Of a stretch of DNA of 64,000 nucleotides, positions 59,290 to 64,000 are shown piece by piece; within the stretch, counting starts at the first letter, position 1; each line of letters starts with the position of its first letter. Both the position numbers and the translations under genes were made by a program. Under the pieces are notes generated by a model, which saw nothing but the letters and a program-made list of their open reading frames with translations, had not been told where the DNA came from and searched no databases. Origin of the DNA: an uncultured Chloroflexia bacterium (GTDB lineage Bacteria; Chloroflexota; Anaerolineae; CG2-30-64-16); the NCBI GenBank assembly GCA_963774265.1, contig CAVZDU010000005.1, forward strand, positions 256,001 through 320,000, given 5' to 3'.

Positions 59290-61188
59290 ATGGAACGCTC
59301 AATCAGCCCTGATTCGATCCTGATGATCAAGGCCGCCCAATCCGCGGGCGTCACCCTCGCCTGGGATCGCTACGAGGCGCAGTTGCCCCAGTGCGGTTTC
59401 GGCGAGACCGGCCTCTGCTGCCGCCATTGCCTGCAAGGCCCCTGCCGTATCGACCCATTCGGCCTGACCGGGCCCAAGCTGGGCATCTGCGGCGCGAACG
59501 CGGACACGATCGTCGCGCGCGGGCTGGCGCGGAGCATCGCGGGCGGCACTGCCTCGCACTCCGCACACGCCAAACACCTGGTGCACACCCTGCTCAAATG
59601 GAGCCGCGGGGAGGCGCCGGACTACGGGATCAAGGACCACGACAAGTTCAATGCGGTGCTCGCCCGCGTCGGCATCAGCCGCGACGGGAAGAGCGACCGG
59701 GAGCTGGCCGGCGAGCTGGCCCACCTGGCGCTGGCCGAGTTCTCCGAGCGCGAGGAGCCGCCGGTCTGGCTGGAGACCACCGTTACGCCGGCCCGTATGA
59801 AGAAGCTTGCTAGCCTGGGCCTCGTGCCGCCGGGGCTCGACTCGGGCGTGGCCGAGGTGATGCACCGCACCACCAACGGCGTCGACGCGGACGCGGTCAA
59901 TGTGCTGCTGGGCGCGATCAAGTGCGCGGTGGGCGATTACACCGGCATGTACCTGGGCACCGACCTCTCCGATATCCTTTTCGGCACGCCTGCACCCGTG
60001 CTGGGACGCGCCAACCTGGGCTGCCTGAAGGCGGACGCGGTCAACATCGCGGTCCACGGGCACAACCCCGTGCTCAGCGAGGTTATCCTGGCCGAGGCTG
60101 AGCGGCTGAAGGGCGAAGCCCAGGCCGCGGGTGCGAGCGCAGGATTCAACCTGGTGGGCATCTGCTGCACCGGCCACGAGCTGCTGATGCGGCACGGCAT
60201 CCCCTATGCCACCAACTCTCTGTCGCAGGAGCTGGCGCTGGTGACCGGCGCGGTGGACGCCATCGTGGTGGACTACCAGTGCGTTATGCCCAGCCTGCCC
60301 GAGGTGGCGAAGCATTACCACACCGCGGTCGTCACGACCATGCCGATTGCCAAGATCACGGGCGCCACCCACATCGAGTTCGACGAGGCGCACGCGGGCG
60401 AACGCGCGCAGCAGGTCCTGCGGCTGGCCATCGAGGCGTACGGCCGCCGCGACCCCGCCAAGGTCAACATCCCGCCCATCGTGAACGAAGCGTGGGCCGG
60501 CATGTCGGCCGAGACGATCGTCAAGGTCCTGAGCCTGGTGGACCCCGTGGATCCGCTCAAGCCGCTCATCGACAACATCGTCAACGGCAACATCCTGGGG
60601 GTCTGTCTCTTCGCGGGCTGCAACGACGTGAAGATCACGCAGGACAAAATGTTCGTGGCGCTGATCAAGGAGCTGGTGGCCCAGAACGTGCTGATCCTCT
60701 GCACCGGCTGCGGCGCGGGCAGCTTCGCCCGGCACGGCCTGCTGACCCCGGCCGCCACGGAGAAGTATGCCGGCCCCGGGCTGAAAGCCGTGCTCACTGC
60801 ACTCGGCCAGGCGGCCGGATTGGGTGGCCCGCTGCCGCTCGCGCTTCACACCGGCTCCTGCGTGGACAACACCCGCGCCGCGGCCATCGCCACCGCGATC
60901 GCGAACAAGCTGGGTGTGGACGTAAGCCAGCTGCCCGTGGTCGCCACCGCGCCCGAGGCGGCCATGGAGAAGGCGGTCTCGATCGGCACGTGGGCCGTCG
61001 CAATGGGCCTGCCGACCCACGTGGGCGTGGTCCCGCCGGTCACCGGCAGTCCCCTGGTCGTCAAGGTGCTGACCGAGACCGCCAAGGACCTGCTGGGCGG
61101 CTACTTCATCGTGGAACCGGACCCGGTCGCCGCGGCGGGCAAGCTGGTCGCCGCGCTGAAAGAGCGCCGCGCGGGATTGGGGATCTAG
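59290..61188 (+). CDS. cooS: Anaerobic Ni-Fe carbon monoxide dehydrogenase, catalytic subunit
   Basis: D/B clusters CGFGETGLCCRHCLQGPC..C. C-cluster ligands GHNP, ICCTG, DYQC, AGCN, TGCG and GSCVDN, plus EKA. Confidence 0.95.
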   Translation: MERSISPDSILMIKAAQSAGVTLAWDRYEAQLPQCGFGETGLCCRHCLQGPCRIDPFGLTGPKLGICGANADTIVARGLARSIAGGTASHSAHAKHLVHTLLKWSRGEAPDYGIKDHDKFNAVLARVGISRDGKSDRELAGELAHLALAEFSEREEPPVWLETTVTPARMKKLASLGLVPPGLDSGVAEVMHRTTNGVDADAVNVLLGAIKCAVGDYTGMYLGTDLSDILFGTPAPVLGRANLGCLKADAVNIAVHGHNPVLSEVILAEAERLKGEAQAAGASAGFNLVGICCTGHELLMRHGIPYATNSLSQELALVTGAVDAIVVDYQCVMPSLPEVAKHYHTAVVTTMPIAKITGATHIEFDEAHAGERAQQVLRLAIEAYGRRDPAKVNIPPIVNEAWAGMSAETIVKVLSLVDPVDPLKPLIDNIVNGNILGVCLFAGCNDVKITQDKMFVALIKELVAQNVLILCTGCGAGSFARHGLLTPAATEKYAGPGLKAVLTALGQAAGLGGPLPLALHTGSCVDNTRAAAIATAIANKLGVDVSQLPVVATAPEAAMEKAVSIGTWAVAMGLPTHVGVVPPVTGSPLVVKVLTETAKDLLGGYFIVEPDPVAAAGKLVAALKERRAGLGI

Positions 61189-61191
61189 TCT

Positions 61192-61629
61192 ATGCTCCCA
61201 TCACAAGCCTACCGCCGTCCCGACCCCGGCGCGGTGTTGGCCGCGTTGCACGAGATCACGGCTCACCATGGCTACCTGCCCGTGGACGCACTGCGCGACG
61301 CGGCCGCGGAGCTCGGCATGCCGCTGAGCCAGATGTTCAGCGCGGCCACGTTCTATGCCGCGTTCAGCTTCAAGCCGTGCGGCCGGCATAAGCTCCAGGT
61401 CTGCGAGGGCACCGCGTGCTACGTCAAAGGCTCGCCGGAGCTTATGGCGCAGTTGCAGGCTGAGTTGGGCGTCGCGCTCGACGAGACCACCGCCGACCTG
61501 GCGTTCACCCTGAAGCGGGTGCGCTGCGTCGGCTCATGCGGCCTGGCGCCCGTCGTGCGCGTCGACGGCGACACCTACGGCCACCTGACGCCCGACGCGC
61601 TGGATGCCGTGCTGGCGAAATATCGCTAG
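61192..61629 (+). CDS. NuoE/HydC-like [2Fe-2S] subunit
   Basis: ATFY..F, CEGTAC and CVGSCGLAP. Confidence 0.9.
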   Translation: MLPSQAYRRPDPGAVLAALHEITAHHGYLPVDALRDAAAELGMPLSQMFSAATFYAAFSFKPCGRHKLQVCEGTACYVKGSPELMAQLQAELGVALDETTADLAFTLKRVRCVGSCGLAPVVRVDGDTYGHLTPDALDAVLAKYR

Positions 61630-61648
61630 GCCGCGCGTGAAGGGCTAA

Positions 61649-61779
61649 GCCGCCCGACCCTAAAGGGATCGGGCTACAAAGCAGCGCCCGCTGAAGCGGG
61701 CTAAACAAGGCTGTGAGTGGTCCGTTAGCCCCATTTATGGGGCGCCGCTGCGTAGCCCGGACGTTTACGTCCGGGCGGC
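61649..61779. repeat. REPIN/MITE-like element made of four nested hairpins
   Basis: Two arms in inverted orientation, each with two hairpins and a CTAC or GTAG foot. Confidence 0.75.
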
Positions 61780-61850
61780 GGAGAGATCACTGCCTGTGAC
61801 TCGGATAGATTCTTAACGTTCATCACGTCTGGACGGTCTTAGGAGGATGC

Positions 61851-63587
61851 ATGCTCCCGGATCTGGACGCGCTGGCCGCGGCAGGTGAGGCTCGGCTCTA
61901 CCCGGACAAGATCAAGATCACCGTCGGCATGGCGACCTGCGGCCGCGCGGCCGGGGCCGAGGCCGTATATGAGACGCTGGAGCAGCGCAGCAGCCAGCGT
62001 GGACTAGACATAATCATGGCAAGCACCGGCTGCATCGGCTACTGCCAGGGTGAGCCGCTCGTCGACGTGCGGCTGCCCGGACAGGGCCGGGTGCTGTACC
62101 GGGACATGACCCGGCCGCGCGCCCGGGCATTGATCGATTCTCTCAGCCGGGGCGCCTTGTCCCCCGATGGCGCGTGGGTGGTGATCGACGCGGAGGAGAC
62201 GCTGCTCGACGGCCGTGAGCGGCGCTTTGACCGGCCTCCGGAACTTGCGGCAGTGCCCGCATACGCGTCCGCGCCCTTCTTCGCACGCCAGCAGAAGATC
62301 GTCCTGCGCAACTGCGGCTTCATCGACCCGGCCAGCCTGGCTGAAACCATCGCCAGGGGCGGCTACCGCGCCTTGCGCCGCGCGTTGGCCGAGTTCGCGC
62401 CCCAACAGGTCATCGACGAGGTGACCCGCTCGGGGCTGCGCGGGCGGGGCGGCGGCGGGTTCCCGACGGGGCGCAAATGGCAGGCTGCGGCGGACGCGCG
62501 TGGCTCTGAGAAGTTCATCATCTGCAACGGCGACGAGGGCGATCCGGGCGCGTACATGGATCGCACCGTGCTGGAGAGCGACCCGCACAGCGTGATCGAG
62601 GGGATGATCATCGGTGCGTACGCGGTGGGCGCGGCCCGGGGCTTCGCCTACATCCGGGACGAGTATCCCCTGGCCGTGGAGCGGTTCGCGGCGGCCATCG
62701 CACAGGCCGAGGCGCAGGGCTTGCTGGGCGAGAACATTCTCGGCTCCCCCTTCAGCTTTTCGATCCAGCTCGTGCGGGGCGCGGGCGCGTTCGTCTGCGG
62801 TGAGGAGACCGCGCTGCTCGCCTCGATCGAGGGCGGCCTGGGCGAGCCGCGTCCCAAGCCGCCCTACCCGGCCGAGGCGGGCCTGTGGGGCCAGCCGACG
62901 GTCATCAACAACGTCAAGACGTGGGCCACGGTGCCTGTCGTGCTGGCCCGCGGGGCTGAGTGGTACGCGTCCCAGGGCTGCCCGGGGAACGCGGGCACGG
63001 TGGTCTTTTCACTGGTCGGCCAGATCGCCAACACCGGCCTGGTGGAGGTGCCGCTGGGCACGAAGCTGGGCGTGCTGCTCCAGGAGATCGGCGGAGGCGG
63101 TGCGGTTGGGCGCGACGGCCAGGGTCGCCGCATCAAGGCCGTGCAGACCGGCGGGCCTTCGGGCGGATGTTTGCCGGCCACGCTGGACTTCCTGTCGATC
63201 GATTACGAGAGCATGAAAGCCGCGGGCTCGATCATGGGCTCCGGGGGCATGGTGGTGCTCGACGAGACCGCGTGCATGGTCGACGTGGCGCGCTACTTCC
63301 TGGACTTCACGCGTGCCGAATCGTGCGGCAAGTGCACCGCCTGCCGCGAGGGAGCGCGCCACCTGGAGCAGATCCTCACCCGCATCACGCACGGGCAGGG
63401 CCGCGTGGGTGACCTGGGCTTGCTCGAAGAGGTGGGCGAGGCCGTGAAGGCGGGCTCGCTCTGCGGCCTGGGCCAGACCGCACCCAATCCGGTGCTGTCG
63501 ACGCTCCGTTATTTCCGGGACGAGTATGAGGCGCATGTCTACGAGCACCGCTGCCCCGCGGGCAAGTGCCACATGGAGCAGGCGTAA
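61851..63587 (+). CDS. NuoF/HydB-like FMN/NADH-binding subunit with an N-terminal Trx-like [2Fe-2S] domain
   Basis: GMATC..TGCIGYC, GRGGGGFPTG, GDEGDPGAYMDR, GAFVCGEET, GGPSGG, ESCGKCTACREG and HRCPAGKC. Confidence 0.92.
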   Translation: MLPDLDALAAAGEARLYPDKIKITVGMATCGRAAGAEAVYETLEQRSSQRGLDIIMASTGCIGYCQGEPLVDVRLPGQGRVLYRDMTRPRARALIDSLSRGALSPDGAWVVIDAEETLLDGRERRFDRPPELAAVPAYASAPFFARQQKIVLRNCGFIDPASLAETIARGGYRALRRALAEFAPQQVIDEVTRSGLRGRGGGGFPTGRKWQAAADARGSEKFIICNGDEGDPGAYMDRTVLESDPHSVIEGMIIGAYAVGAARGFAYIRDEYPLAVERFAAAIAQAEAQGLLGENILGSPFSFSIQLVRGAGAFVCGEETALLASIEGGLGEPRPKPPYPAEAGLWGQPTVINNVKTWATVPVVLARGAEWYASQGCPGNAGTVVFSLVGQIANTGLVEVPLGTKLGVLLQEIGGGGAVGRDGQGRRIKAVQTGGPSGGCLPATLDFLSIDYESMKAAGSIMGSGGMVVLDETACMVDVARYFLDFTRAESCGKCTACREGARHLEQILTRITHGQGRVGDLGLLEEVGEAVKAGSLCGLGQTAPNPVLSTLRYFRDEYEAHVYEHRCPAGKCHMEQA

Positions 63588-63599
63588 GGAGCTGGCCAC

Positions 63600-64000
63600 A
63601 TGCCCACGTTGACCATCGACGATGCGATCTCCGCTCGCACGGTGAGCGTTCCCGACGGCGCCACGGTGCTGCAGGCGGTGCGCCTGGCCGGCGCGCATCT
63701 GCCGACCCTGTGCCACTGGGAGGGACTGCCGCCCTACGGCGCGTGCCGGCTCTGCATGGTGGAGGTGGCGGCGGAAGGTTCCTCCCGGCCGCAGGTGGTT
63801 GCCGCGTGCACGCATCCCGCGGCCGAGGGCCTCCAGGTGCGGACCCAAGCGCCCGGGGCTGTGGCCGTTCGTCGGATGATGCTGGAATTCCTGCTGGCGC
63901 GCTGCCCGACGTCCGGCGTGATCCGTGAACTGGCCGCGGAGGCCGGCCTGACTACGTCGCGCTTCGATGGCGCCGACCGCAGCGCGGGCGGCGGCGGCGC
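63600..64000 (+). CDS. NuoG/HydA N-terminal-like [2Fe-2S] subunit (3' partial)
   Basis: MPTLTID...PTLCHWEGLPPYGACRLCMVEV...AACT, open to the window end; RBS AAGGAG. Confidence 0.85.
   Translation, partial: MPTLTIDDAISARTVSVPDGATVLQAVRLAGAHLPTLCHWEGLPPYGACRLCMVEVAAEGSSRPQVVAACTHPAAEGLQVRTQAPGAVAVRRMMLEFLLARCPTSGVIRELAAEAGLTTSRFDGADRSAGGGG

Noticed and set aside
59299-61020. Long antisense ORFs (here, and at 27299-28966, 5829-7280 and 1384-2652)
   Set aside because: These are shadow ORFs opposite well-supported genes in high-GC DNA, with no recognisable motifs.

Overview
GC-rich bacterial chromosomal segment, probably from an anaerobic Chloroflexota (Anaerolineae-like) organism. This is inferred from gene content, BTAD/NB-ARC regulators and a YLPVV surface-protein motif. 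Many genes carry single-base frameshifts in short homopolymers, which look like long-read consensus errors, so several gene boundaries below are reconstructed across frames. From left to right: a tandem thioredoxin and DUF2277; a toxin-antitoxin hotspot (higBA, RHH/RelE) among gene remnants; a complete hdrCBA-flxDCBA operon; GNAT and EamA genes; a 12-kb cluster with two CusA-like RND permeases, an ABC exporter, an apparently hairpin-less adaptor and lipoproteins, with no outer-membrane factor; Fpg/Nei and flavodoxin; a ParB/Srx-like gene with SARP-type boxes divergent from a BTAD-NB-ARC-TPR regulator and a serpin; an SLC13-MgtA-deacetylase-acetyltransferase operon; htrA; an exported rhodanese between two duplicated gene fragments; AbiE with a truncated toxin; an intact IS256/Mutator-like IS with TIRs and an 8-bp TSD; MFS-TetR; a probable single TM-DtxR-FeoA-FeoA-Nramp fusion protein; an ECF sigma/anti-sigma/cupredoxin-lipoprotein module with two matching promoter motifs; a reverse-order NB-ARC-BTAD regulator; and cooF-cooS followed by NuoE/NuoF/NuoG-like (HydABC/Bfu-type) subunits. 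The best candidates for undescribed systems are the CODH-NuoEFG complex (bifurcation-type motifs but no C-terminal ferredoxin domain), the DtxR-FeoA-Nramp fusion and the double-RND/ABC cluster. No rRNA, tRNA or CRISPR array was recognised.
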